Shown here: in pieces, positions 1 through 8,451 of the stretch
Position numbering within the stretch: the stretch's first letter is position 1
How the letters are laid out: each line of letters starts with the position of its first letter
Assembly (NCBI GenBank): GCA_043811375.1
Contig: JBDRNJ010000090.1
Location: 1 to 16,725, forward strand
Reading direction: 5' to 3'
Length of the DNA: 16,725 bases
Source of the DNA: a bacterium
GTDB taxonomy: Bacteria; Zixibacteria; MSB-5A5; GN15; FEB-12
Notes under the pieces: model-generated
The model's input: only the letters and a program-made list of their open reading frames with translations
What the model was told of the DNA's origin: nothing
The model's database searches: none
Made by a program: the position numbers and the translations under genes

Positions 1-2
1 AT

Positions 3-2657
3 CAATTTCTACCAAATGATGGTTCAGTACCCTTAAGGCAGTACTTCGCCTTTATGACTGCCGTCACAATCCTGGATATTCACATCGGTTCACTCTCAAC
101 GCATAGTGACATTAGAACCTGCCCCTTTGACAATAACCCCAGCATTAATGTCCTCGAAATGATGCGTCGGGGGGCGCTCTGCAATATCTGTCAGAAGAAC
201 CTCGAAACGGCGGTAACACGCGGTGAAGTTGACCCGGACCTGGTGACGTCCATGAACAGGGTGTTTGAGTTTATAGCTGCCGAATTGGACGGCCCGAAGA
301 AAGAGAGCTTCACGCGAGTACCTGACCACGAGCAGGAGGTGGCGAATCAATCTGAGCAACCGGAAACCAACGAATTCAGTGCAAAGTTTGGCGGTCCCGT
401 GGAATGGGGTAGTGGTGTCAAAGCAGAGGCTGCCTTTCCCATAGAACACAGTCAGAGCAGCGAGGAAACGCCTGAATCCGGCAAGTTCGAGGTCGATCTG
501 TACTGCGAAGTGCTCGTCCCGCCTGATCGGCCACCGCCATCTGCCGTTGTTGCGGAGTTCATTAACCGACTGGGAACAAACATCGTCGTCAACGACTGCG
601 GCCGGGCTGAGGTTGTGTTCGAGGGCACTGCTCCGTTTTCCAATGAGAGACTATCTCATTTCACTGTCGGCCCGACTAGTGATAATCCTGCGATATATCT
701 CAGTTCCAAAGTGCTCACTGAACCATTCTTCGTCAGCGAGCAACACGCCGTGATCTCTGCGTTTTCAGAACTGCCGCGCGGTAATATCGATGTCAACCTG
801 GCCTATATCTACCTCCTTGCCGTGGCCCTGATGGCGCAGCAGAAACGAGTCATCGACGACACCTGGAACGTGCCATCGGAACTGTGGGGACAGGGAGATA
901 CGCTCGAGCAACTCGTCGCTGACGCTTACTTCCCGGTTGAGACATTCGGCATGCTCAAGGACGAACCGAAAAGAGAGTCTTCGATTGTGCCCTTTATTGA
1001 CTCCATCAGCACCATCGTCAGCGCCGTCTCCAAAGAATACTACAGACGCAAAAAGGTAGTGGAACCGGAACCACCCGCTGTCTCCGGCAACCGGCCGGCG
1101 GCGGCCATCACTGAGCAGGCACGGCCCATAGACGCTCTCAACTACCGCGTCTATGCCAACGCGTTCGGTGACTTGATAACCCATCCCGACACCGGCACGC
1201 CGCTGACAATCGGCATCTGCGCCCCCTGGGGTCGCGGCAAGACTGTGCTACTGAATTATATCCAGGAACGTATCGAGAAAAAGGTGATCGGGAGTACTGA
1301 CTGCCAGTGCATCGAGTTCAACGCCTGGCAATACACAAAGGCCGAGCAACTCTGGGCGGCATTCTACTCGACGATCCTCGACAAGGTCGAGAGTACTTTT
1401 GGATTCTGGCAGAAGTGGAAATTCCGCTTGCATGTCAGCTGGCACGCCTATGGTTGGCCCCTGGTGTTGTGGCCCCTGCTCATCATTAGCGTGGTTGGTG
1501 GTGTCGTAATCTCTATAGAGTACGTAGAGTACTGGTGGGGTCCGGTTGGTGGTGCTATTCCTTTTGTCTCTTTCTTATGGACAGTCTTGCGCCGCGTATC
1601 CAAAAACGTCATCACGCAGCCAATCCGACCTATGCATCAAGCGACTGCCAGTGTTCGCAAGGAGGTTTTCCGTCGAATTGGCATCGTCCGCAAATGGTTC
1701 GAAAAGAACTATCATGGCCGCGTTGTAGTTTTCATTGACGATATTGACCGCTGCAGTCCGGACAAGATCATGCAAATGCTGGAGTCCATCAAGCTGCTCT
1801 TGGACACCGAGAACTTCGTCTTTGTGCTGGCCATGGACGCGCGGGTGGTGCGGCTGGCAATCGGACAGCATTACAGATTCATGGCCCGGAAACCCGTCGA
1901 ACGGGAAGAGATGGGGCGCTACTACCTTGAGAAAATTATCCAGATACCGTTTGCGGTACCTCCGGCGAATCCCGACGAACTGGTACATATGAAGAACCAG
2001 TTGTTCAAGGAACTGCAGCAGGTGCCGGAGGTGGACGCCCGAGAAGCAGCCGCGCAAAAAGGGACTATAGAACCGGATGCTGCTCCGGCAGACGCCGGTC
2101 CGCCCCGATCGGTACCGGCCGCGGAGGGTGAACCAGTGAAAAGCGACCGGGAGCCGGTACCGGACGCGGCCGTATCAGAACCAGTCGACCCCGGACACTA
2201 TGTTCCACGTGGTGGCGAAGTTGACCCTAATAAAGAAATGTCGATCACACCTGCTGAAAGTGCTAATCTGGAGAAACTGCTGTTGGAGAATCTGGACCTG
2301 TCACCTCGGCTGCTCACGCGCGTCAACAACGTCTACCGGATTGCGAAACGCCTCTATCAGACAGAGAGAAAGAAGCAGCCACCACCAGCCCTGATGCAGT
2401 GGATTGCCCTCTCGGCCAAATTCCCGTTTGCTACTAAAGCTGTGATTGAAATATGCGAGAAAGGTAACTGGGAAGCGGACTGGCAGCAGGTTTTTAGTGA
2501 TCTTATGTCTCTTACGCCGCAGAATCTTAACGACCGCACCTTTAGTGACGCGGGCCTCGACCAACTGCACAGATTTCTCTCTGACAACATCGATGCCCCC
2601 AAGACAGTCAAAGAGTTCATCAAGTACGCCAACTGCTTCAACCTGGTGCTCGATTAA
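3..2657 (+). CDS. KAP-family P-loop NTPase with two transmembrane helices and a long N-terminal extension (probably 5'-truncated by the window)
   Basis: Walker A region TIGICAPWGRGKT, FNAWQY motif, Walker B VVVFIDDIDRC, FVLAMD and YLEKIIQIPF, all typical of KAP NTPases. Two hydrophobic helices lie between Walker A and B. The frame is open from base 3 (QFLPNDGSVPLRQYFAF) to the ATG at 54 with no obvious RBS, so the true start is probably upstream. Confidence 0.9.
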   Translation, partial: QFLPNDGSVPLRQYFAFMTAVTILDIHIGSLSTHSDIRTCPFDNNPSINVLEMMRRGALCNICQKNLETAVTRGEVDPDLVTSMNRVFEFIAAELDGPKKESFTRVPDHEQEVANQSEQPETNEFSAKFGGPVEWGSGVKAEAAFPIEHSQSSEETPESGKFEVDLYCEVLVPPDRPPPSAVVAEFINRLGTNIVVNDCGRAEVVFEGTAPFSNERLSHFTVGPTSDNPAIYLSSKVLTEPFFVSEQHAVISAFSELPRGNIDVNLAYIYLLAVALMAQQKRVIDDTWNVPSELWGQGDTLEQLVADAYFPVETFGMLKDEPKRESSIVPFIDSISTIVSAVSKEYYRRKKVVEPEPPAVSGNRPAAAITEQARPIDALNYRVYANAFGDLITHPDTGTPLTIGICAPWGRGKTVLLNYIQERIEKKVIGSTDCQCIEFNAWQYTKAEQLWAAFYSTILDKVESTFGFWQKWKFRLHVSWHAYGWPLVLWPLLIISVVGGVVISIEYVEYWWGPVGGAIPFVSFLWTVLRRVSKNVITQPIRPMHQATASVRKEVFRRIGIVRKWFEKNYHGRVVVFIDDIDRCSPDKIMQMLESIKLLLDTENFVFVLAMDARVVRLAIGQHYRFMARKPVEREEMGRYYLEKIIQIPFAVPPANPDELVHMKNQLFKELQQVPEVDAREAAAQKGTIEPDAAPADAGPPRSVPAAEGEPVKSDREPVPDAAVSEPVDPGHYVPRGGEVDPNKEMSITPAESANLEKLLLENLDLSPRLLTRVNNVYRIAKRLYQTERKKQPPPALMQWIALSAKFPFATKAVIEICEKGNWEADWQQVFSDLMSLTPQNLNDRTFSDAGLDQLHRFLSDNIDAPKTVKEFIKYANCFNLVLD

Positions 2658-3133
2658 GTCTTTATCCTGTCTCCGAACCATAGTTGCCACCAACGTCCCA
2701 ACGGATCAACCACTTTCATGCGGGCCGGGTCGAATCGTATCGGGCGGATGCGGACATAGGCGTTGTCGCGCCAGGCAGCGTCGGGCTTCGATATATACCG
2801 GGTGCCGCCGGAAGCACTGATCTGGAAATGCCGATCAAGGCAGATAGCGACGTGTGTCGCCCGGCCATCGGGGTTGAACGTAAACAGAAGAGCACCCCGG
2901 CGGGGTTGGCTGATTTGGCGATCAGAGTATAATCTCGCCAGGCCATCGGCGGTGTAGTCGGCATTTTCGGAAATGATGCCGGCCGTTTTCAGGCACTCCA
3001 CCACCAGTCCGGAGCAATCGAACCCGGAGGGATCATCGCCGCCCCAGCGGTACGGTGTTCCCAGGTAGGCCATCGCCGTCTGCAAAAACCAGCGCCGGGC
3101 ACGAACAGTGCAAAGCATACTAATACTACCCAT
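2654..3133 (-). CDS. NlpC/P60 (C40) family peptidase, stand-alone catalytic domain
   Basis: YLGTPYRWGG..GFDCSGLV (catalytic Cys) and THVAI (catalytic His). An alternative start exists at 3118. The stop overlaps the KAP gene stop (TTAA 2654-2657). Confidence 0.9.
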   Translation of the reverse strand: MGSISMLCTVRARRWFLQTAMAYLGTPYRWGGDDPSGFDCSGLVVECLKTAGIISENADYTADGLARLYSDRQISQPRRGALLFTFNPDGRATHVAICLDRHFQISASGGTRYISKPDAAWRDNAYVRIRPIRFDPARMKVVDPLGRWWQLWFGDRIKT

Positions 3134-3186
3134 TCGTGTCTTGCTGTGGAGTTGTAGCGGATATGCGGGCGGACCTGCGAATACGG

Positions 3187-4062
3187 TCAGTGTATCCCTT
3201 TTCTCTCCGCCAGGTACACACCCGCCAGCACCAGGAGACCGCCGATAGCCGTGAAGGGGCCGAATGGTTCATGCAGGTAGGGTACTGCCAGGGCAGTTGC
3301 CGCCAGCGGTTCCAGGTATAGGAATATCCCGGCCTGCGCCGCTCCCAGCCGCGCCACTCCCTCCTGCCAGAACCAGTAGGCCAGCGCCAGACATACTACG
3401 CCCAGGAAAACTAATGCCACGACCGGTTCAGCCGGAAGATGTACCAGTTTGTTCCAGTTAGCCGTGGCAACCATCGCCGGTACGATCACTACCGCTGAGA
3501 AAGCAACGACGGCAAACGATACCAGAAGCGGGTTGAAACATCGGGCAGTATCGCGCACCAACAATGTATAAATCGCCCAGGTAAATGACGAGGCCAGCAC
3601 CAACCAGTCGCCGGTGCTTTGTATCCATTGCAAATCAGTCAGTTTTCCTTTCGAGACCAGCAACAGTATTCCGATTGTAGCAACAACTACCCCGGCTACT
3701 ACCCGGCGAGTGATTCGTTCTTTGAGAAAAAGAAACGCCAGCACCACTATAATCAGCGGCGTAGTCGCAATCAACCAGCTGGTATTAGTAGCCGTTGTGT
3801 ACTGCATACCGATCACTTGAAACAGATAATGGGCTGCGAATACACCCGAGGCCAACAACACATTGCGGAGGTGGTAACCTTTGATCCTCTCCAATCGTAC
3901 CCGCTTAATGAGAATGACCAACAGCAGGACCGGCAACGCCATCAGATAACGAAGTCCGATCACTTCCAGTGGTGACATGTACTCCAGGCAGATTTTGGTA
4001 GCGACAAACGAGAAACCCCACATCGAAACCGTCAGCACCAACAGAGTCCGCGTCAGTATCAT
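3187..4062 (-). CDS. EamA/DMT family transporter
   Basis: 291 aa, about 10 hydrophobic segments, two EamA repeats (WGFSFVATK, FLFLKERI, GDWLVLASSFTWAIYT, YLEPL, LHEPF). Confidence 0.92.
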   Translation of the reverse strand: MILTRTLLVLTVSMWGFSFVATKICLEYMSPLEVIGLRYLMALPVLLLVILIKRVRLERIKGYHLRNVLLASGVFAAHYLFQVIGMQYTTATNTSWLIATTPLIIVVLAFLFLKERITRRVVAGVVVATIGILLLVSKGKLTDLQWIQSTGDWLVLASSFTWAIYTLLVRDTARCFNPLLVSFAVVAFSAVVIVPAMVATANWNKLVHLPAEPVVALVFLGVVCLALAYWFWQEGVARLGAAQAGIFLYLEPLAATALAVPYLHEPFGPFTAIGGLLVLAGVYLAERKGIH

Positions 4063-4139
4063 GACTTACCGGCTCCTGTGGACAGGGTTTCATCCGGATT
4101 CGGGATTGAGATGCAGAGCAGTCGGGGCAAGGCGGGTTG

Positions 4140-5417
4140 TCAGCCGGCTTTTTTCTTTGTGGTGCGAGTGACGATTTTTGGCTTGGTGCCCTTCGTAATG
4201 GTCTCGCCAGTGATGACTACTTCGGTTACATTCGGAGTCGAGGGGATTTCGAACATGACATCCAGCATCGCTTTCTCCAGAATCGACCGCAGTGCCCTGG
4301 CGCCGGTTTTGCGCTTCTGAGCTAACTTGACGGTCGCCTTCAGGGCCGCCGGATCGAATCGAAGCTGAACATCTTCCATCCGGAATAATCGCTGGTACTG
4401 TTTTGTCAGGGCGTTTTTCGGTTCGGTCAGGATACTGATCAGCGCCGCCTCGTCCAGTGATTGCAGGGCTACCGTCACCGGCAATCGCCCCACCATCTCG
4501 GGGATCAAACCGTATTCTATCAGGTCAGACGGTAGAACATGATCCAGGATATCAGCCGACTCATAGCTGACAAACTTCTTTACAGCATCAAAACCAACCG
4601 TCTTCTTGCCGATCCGCCGGGCTACAATCTTGTCCAGACCGTCGAATGCCCCGCCGCAGATGAAAAGAATGTTGTTGGTATTGATCTGCACAAATTCCTG
4701 CTCGGGGTGTTTGCGGCCGCCCTTGGGGGGGATATTGGACACTGTCCCCTCCAGTATTTTCAACAGACCCTGTTGCACACCCTCACCCGAAACGTCGCGC
4801 GTAATCGAGGGGTTGCCGTCTTTGCGAGCGATCTTGTCGATTTCGTCGACGTAAATGATCCCCCGCTCGGTGCGTCGTTGCGAGAAATCTGATGCCTGGT
4901 ACAAACTAACCAGGATGTTCTCGACATCTTCGCCGACATACCCCCCTTCCGTGAGTACGGTGGCATCGGCCAGGGAGAAGGGCACCTTGAGAAACTTGGC
5001 CAGGCAGCGGGCAATGAGCGTCTTGCCGGTGCCGGTCGGCCCGAGAAGCATGATATTCGATTTTTCCAGTTCGACTTCATCGTCGCCGGTACTCGGCGCA
5101 CCGGGCGCTGTCTGAACCAGGGCATTGATCCGTTTGTAGTGATTGTAGACAGCTACCGCCACCGTCTTCTTGGCCAATTCCTGTCCGATAACGTATTGAT
5201 CGAGATTAGCTTTGATTTCGGACGGTAAAGGCACATCCGTAATCATCTCCGGAGCTGTGATATCCGGAGCACTGCGCAGGAGATCGGCACACAGCTTCAC
5301 ACACTCATCGCATATGAACGACTGGTATCCGGAGAACAAGCGCTGTACCTGCCGCACCGGTTTACCGCAAAACGAGCAGTTCTGTCGTTTCTCGGGAGGT
5401 TCTTTCTTTCTGGGCAT
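4140..5417 (-). CDS. clpX: ATP-dependent Clp protease ATP-binding subunit ClpX
   Basis: N-terminal CSFC..CDEC zinc finger, Walker [17 protein letters not shown] pore loop, Walker [29 protein letters not shown] loop, GARALR. Confidence 0.98.
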   Translation of the reverse strand: MPRKKEPPEKRQNCSFCGKPVRQVQRLFSGYQSFICDECVKLCADLLRSAPDITAPEMITDVPLPSEIKANLDQYVIGQELAKKTVAVAVYNHYKRINALVQTAPGAPSTGDDEVELEKSNIMLLGPTGTGKTLIARCLAKFLKVPFSLADATVLTEGGYVGEDVENILVSLYQASDFSQRRTERGIIYVDEIDKIARKDGNPSITRDVSGEGVQQGLLKILEGTVSNIPPKGGRKHPEQEFVQINTNNILFICGGAFDGLDKIVARRIGKKTVGFDAVKKFVSYESADILDHVLPSDLIEYGLIPEMVGRLPVTVALQSLDEAALISILTEPKNALTKQYQRLFRMEDVQLRFDPAALKATVKLAQKRKTGARALRSILEKAMLDVMFEIPSTPNVTEVVITGETITKGTKPKIVTRTTKKKAG

Positions 5418-5489
5418 CTGTTTTCAACTCCGCCGGGTTATATTCTCACTATCGCGGCAACTTTCTGCGCAGCGGCGCCATGGCGCCGG

Positions 5490-6107
5490 TTATTCCTTTT
5501 CCTTGCGGGCCACCTCATAGACTTTGTCGATCAGGCCGTATTCGCGCGACTCGTCGGGGGACATGAAGAAATTGCGGTCGGTGTCCTTCTCTATCCTCTC
5601 CAGAGGCTGCCCCGTATGTAAAACCAACAGTTCATTCAGGCGCTGTTTCGCCTTGGCAAACTCTTCAGTCATTATAACAATATCAGATATCTGTCCCTGA
5701 GCGCCAGCCATCGGCTGATGAATCATAACCCGGCTGTTGGGCAGTGCCGCCCGCTTTCCGGCCGTACCGGAGGCCAGTAAAAAAGCACCCATGGAAGCAG
5801 CGATACCCATACAGGTCGTGGCCACATCGGATTTGATGAACTGCATAGTATCATAGATAGCCAACCCGGCCGTCACCGAACCACCGGGAGAATTGATATA
5901 GACGCAAATATCCTTTTCCGGATCTTCCGCATCGAGAAACAGCATCTGGGCAATCACCAGGTTGGATACCTGGTCATCGATAGGTGAACCAATGAAGATA
6001 ATACGATCCTTAAGCAGACGAGAGAAAATATCATAGGCCCGTTCTCCGCGTCCGGTCTGCTCGACCACCATCGGCACCAGATAGTTTGAAATAAGCTTAT
6101 CGGTCAT
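5490..6107 (-). CDS. clpP: ATP-dependent Clp protease proteolytic subunit ClpP
   Basis: [36 protein letters not shown] (Ser105), MIHQP (His130); lies between tig and clpX. Confidence 0.98.
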   Translation of the reverse strand: MTDKLISNYLVPMVVEQTGRGERAYDIFSRLLKDRIIFIGSPIDDQVSNLVIAQMLFLDAEDPEKDICVYINSPGGSVTAGLAIYDTMQFIKSDVATTCMGIAASMGAFLLASGTAGKRAALPNSRVMIHQPMAGAQGQISDIVIMTEEFAKAKQRLNELLVLHTGQPLERIEKDTDRNFFMSPDESREYGLIDKVYEVARKEKE

Positions 6108-6134
6108 ACAGCGTGTTCCTTTGCTTGTAGTTTT

Positions 6135-7421
6135 CTACACTTCCGTTTGTTTTTTCTCATCTTCTTTCTTCCCGGTAACCACCCGGGCGTGGCTGATCAG
6201 GAAGTCAAGGACCTTGTCCTCCAGCAGCGTGTCACGAAGATTGTCGATCCTGCCCGACTGCTTTAGAGCCTGCCGGGCCTGCTCGGGTGTCATCTTGTAC
6301 TCCTGGGCCAGGCTATTTACCATTGGTTCGGTATCTGACTCTGAAACTTCAATGTTTTCCTGGCGGGCCAGGTGGTGATAAAGCATATTCCAGCGAAGAG
6401 TTGCTTCGGCAATCTCGCCTGCTCCCTGACGAATCTGTTCTTCATTCGCCTCGGCGTTCTTCTCTTTCTCATCGGCAACGATAGCGTCAAGATACTCTTT
6501 CACCATCGTCGGCGGCACCGGCACCGGGGACTGCTGGCACATCTGACGGATAATCTGCCCCTTCTGGAACTTCCTGAGTTCCGCCGCCTGTCGATTCTTG
6601 ATATCCTCACGAATCTTCAGACGTAATTCCAGAGCTGTTTCGGCCTTGCCGGTTCTCTTGGCCAGGGCGTCGTCGACCTCCGGAAGAATGCGTTCCCGGA
6701 CCTGCTTCACTCGGCACTGATACTTCAAGTGGGCACCGGCAAAGGCGGGGTCGGGATAATCGTCATCATACCTGACTTCAATCTCTTTCTCGTCACCAGC
6801 TTTCATTCCCGGTAATTGTTCCTTGAACTCCTTTACGGTAAAACCGCGGCCGAGGTCTATCTCGACGTCATCCATCTGCTCGTCAGCCAGCACCATCCCG
6901 GGATCATACAGCTTCTTCAGATCCACCGTAATCACGTCATCGCTTTGCACTTCCCTGTCAACCGGTCGGAAATCAGCAAATATCATACGCACTGACTTGG
7001 TGATGGCATCGACGTCCTCATCGCGGACTTCCATATCGATAGTGGTAATCTCCAGTTTGTCGTATTCAACCCGGTCAATTTCCGGCATTACTTCGACACG
7101 AGCGGTGTAACGAAAGGTTCCCTCCGATTCATAGCCGTGGCTGATTATCGTCGGCCGCGAGGCCACTTTAAGTTGCTGCCGCTCGACCGCTTCGGGATAA
7201 GTAGTGCGGATCAACTCCTCGGCTACGTCAACCCGGACCTCATCGTCATACTTGGCCTTGATAACATTCAGCGGCGCCTTACCCTTTCGAAATCCTTTGA
7301 TGGTGGCTTTGTCGCTTAATTCAGCAAAGGCTTTATCCATCATCTCCGTCACCATGTCGGTCTCCACTTCCACCGACAACTCGCGAACCAGTTCTTCCGT
7401 CTCTTTCAACTCGACTTTCAT
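6135..7421 (-). CDS. tig: Trigger factor
   Basis: GFRKGKAP ribosome-binding signature, FKBP-like middle domain (LPGMKAGDEKEIEV..DDY), 428 aa, canonical tig-clpP-clpX order. Confidence 0.96.
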   Translation of the reverse strand: MKVELKETEELVRELSVEVETDMVTEMMDKAFAELSDKATIKGFRKGKAPLNVIKAKYDDEVRVDVAEELIRTTYPEAVERQQLKVASRPTIISHGYESEGTFRYTARVEVMPEIDRVEYDKLEITTIDMEVRDEDVDAITKSVRMIFADFRPVDREVQSDDVITVDLKKLYDPGMVLADEQMDDVEIDLGRGFTVKEFKEQLPGMKAGDEKEIEVRYDDDYPDPAFAGAHLKYQCRVKQVRERILPEVDDALAKRTGKAETALELRLKIREDIKNRQAAELRKFQKGQIIRQMCQQSPVPVPPTMVKEYLDAIVADEKEKNAEANEEQIRQGAGEIAEATLRWNMLYHHLARQENIEVSESDTEPMVNSLAQEYKMTPEQARQALKQSGRIDNLRDTLLEDKVLDFLISHARVVTGKKEDEKKQTEV

Positions 7422-7550
7422 CCAAATCCTTTCCGCATCCTGAAGTCTACATACACACCTGCTCTCCAGGACAGGTTATCTCATTACTCCGGGGACCATC
7501 GGCAGTACCATTCCCGGGAGCTTCAGACACAGCAGACCTGTCGACAACTG

Positions 7551-7632
<82 letters not shown>

Positions 7633-7639
7633 CTGCAAC

Positions 7640-7668
7640 AACTTATTATGATTCTTAAGAAAGTGCAA
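7640..7668 (-). promoter_or_regulatory. Putative sigma70 promoter for tRNA-Leu-tig-clpPX
   Basis: Minus strand TTGCAC (7668-7663), 17 nt spacer, TAAGTT (7645-7640). Confidence 0.55.
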
Positions 7669-7780
7669 TGGACATTTTTGTCCGGAGACACACCCGGATG
7701 TTATTGTATTTCTATCACTTAGTGGGGTGCTGAAAAACACTAAACGGAAAACAAAAAGGTTACTGCCCTGCTTTCTTTCT

Positions 7781-7932
7781 GTGGGCGGCAGATGTCCGCA
7801 TCTGCCCCGATCTTTGAACCTACATAACTACGCGGGGCGAGTGGCCCGGGGCTTGCCCTGGTTCTCTTGTACTCTCCAGAATCTCTGTCGGAACCACCCT
7901 TCGACAAGCTCAGGACAGGCAGGGGTTCCGAC
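7781..7932 (+). repeat. Cluster of REP-like GC-rich hairpins with a nested CCCTTCGACAAGCTCAGGACAGGC mini-repeat
   Basis: GTGG-GC-GGCAGATG-TCCG-CATCTGCC (7781-7806); GTGG-CCCGGGGC-TT-GCCCTGG (7841-7861); GTCGGAACC (7887-7895) and GGTTCCGAC (7924-7932) enclosing the 24-nt unit at 7897-7920. Confidence 0.6.
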
Positions 7933-7942
7933 TTTGGCTTAA

Positions 7943-8085
7943 CTCGATAGCTTTGAGAAACGCCTGATTCACCTGCCAAGAAAACGAAAACGGAGCCAAA
8001 ACAATGAAGAAAACAAAGACCCGGAATCAAAAAAGTGTTACCCATGTGCCCGGTCTAATGTGTAACCTATGTAGCCGGTCATACA
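7943..8085 (+). mobile_element. Right-end remnant of an IS481-family-like insertion sequence (transposase C-terminal tail plus terminal repeat)
   Basis: Tandem 21-nt repeats with 25-nt period, GTGTTACCCATGTGCCCGGTC (8035-8055) and GTGTAACCTATGTAGCCGGTC (8060-8080), ending in ATACA at 8085. Frame 7943-8065 reads LDSFEKRLIHLPRKRKRSQNNEENKDPESKKCYPCARSNV*, resembling IS481-type transposase tails that run into the right end. Confidence 0.65.
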
Positions 8086-8293
8086 ACCCGTCGGCCACAA
8101 GTGGCTTATATGCCAAGTCCCGTGGGTCATAGCGGTGGCGTCTTCCATTTGCTGACATCTGGACACCTCCAGAAAGAATCATAACACTATCCTTTCTCTG
8201 TGTCCACTAAACCAGGGGAACCTCACACCTTACTAAGGTGTTGTTATGGGACAAGAATATGCACAGATCGGCATTGAAGAGCGGTGCCAGAGC

Positions 8294-8322
8294 TTGACAA
8301 CCTACGGATATTGTGATATATA
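8294..8322 (+). promoter_or_regulatory. Putative sigma70 promoter of the dsrMK-like operon
   Basis: Perfect TTGACA (8294-8299), 17 nt spacer, TATATA (8317-8322) preceded by TG (extended -10-like); the -10 lacks the last consensus T. Confidence 0.65.
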
Positions 8323-8329
8323 GAGACCC

Positions 8330-8355
8330 ATGTTTGTGAATAATTTCTCAAACAT
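8330..8355. promoter_or_regulatory. Rex operator upstream of the dsrMK-like operon
   Basis: ATGTTTGTGAA-TAAT-TTCTCAAACAT; the core TTGTGAA-N4-TTCTCAA (8334-8351) has one mismatch to the Rex consensus TTGTGAA-N4-TTCACAA and sits just downstream of the -10. Confidence 0.85.
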
Positions 8356-8451
8356 TACCGACAGGTCTTTTTGTCCGGTCGGAACCGGTAGACATTTATT
8401 ATCAGAACTGTTCCTGCACGGTTCTGAGAACTGAACAGCACGGAGGTGCCG

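Noticed and set aside
4930..4955. ClpX TEGGYVG instead of the usual TEAGYVG
   Set aside because: A single small-residue change outside the essential GYVG pore motif; unlikely to matter.
8035..8080. Tandem repeats as a mini CRISPR array
   Set aside because: Only two imperfect copies with a 4-nt gap, no spacers and no cas genes; an IS end fits better.
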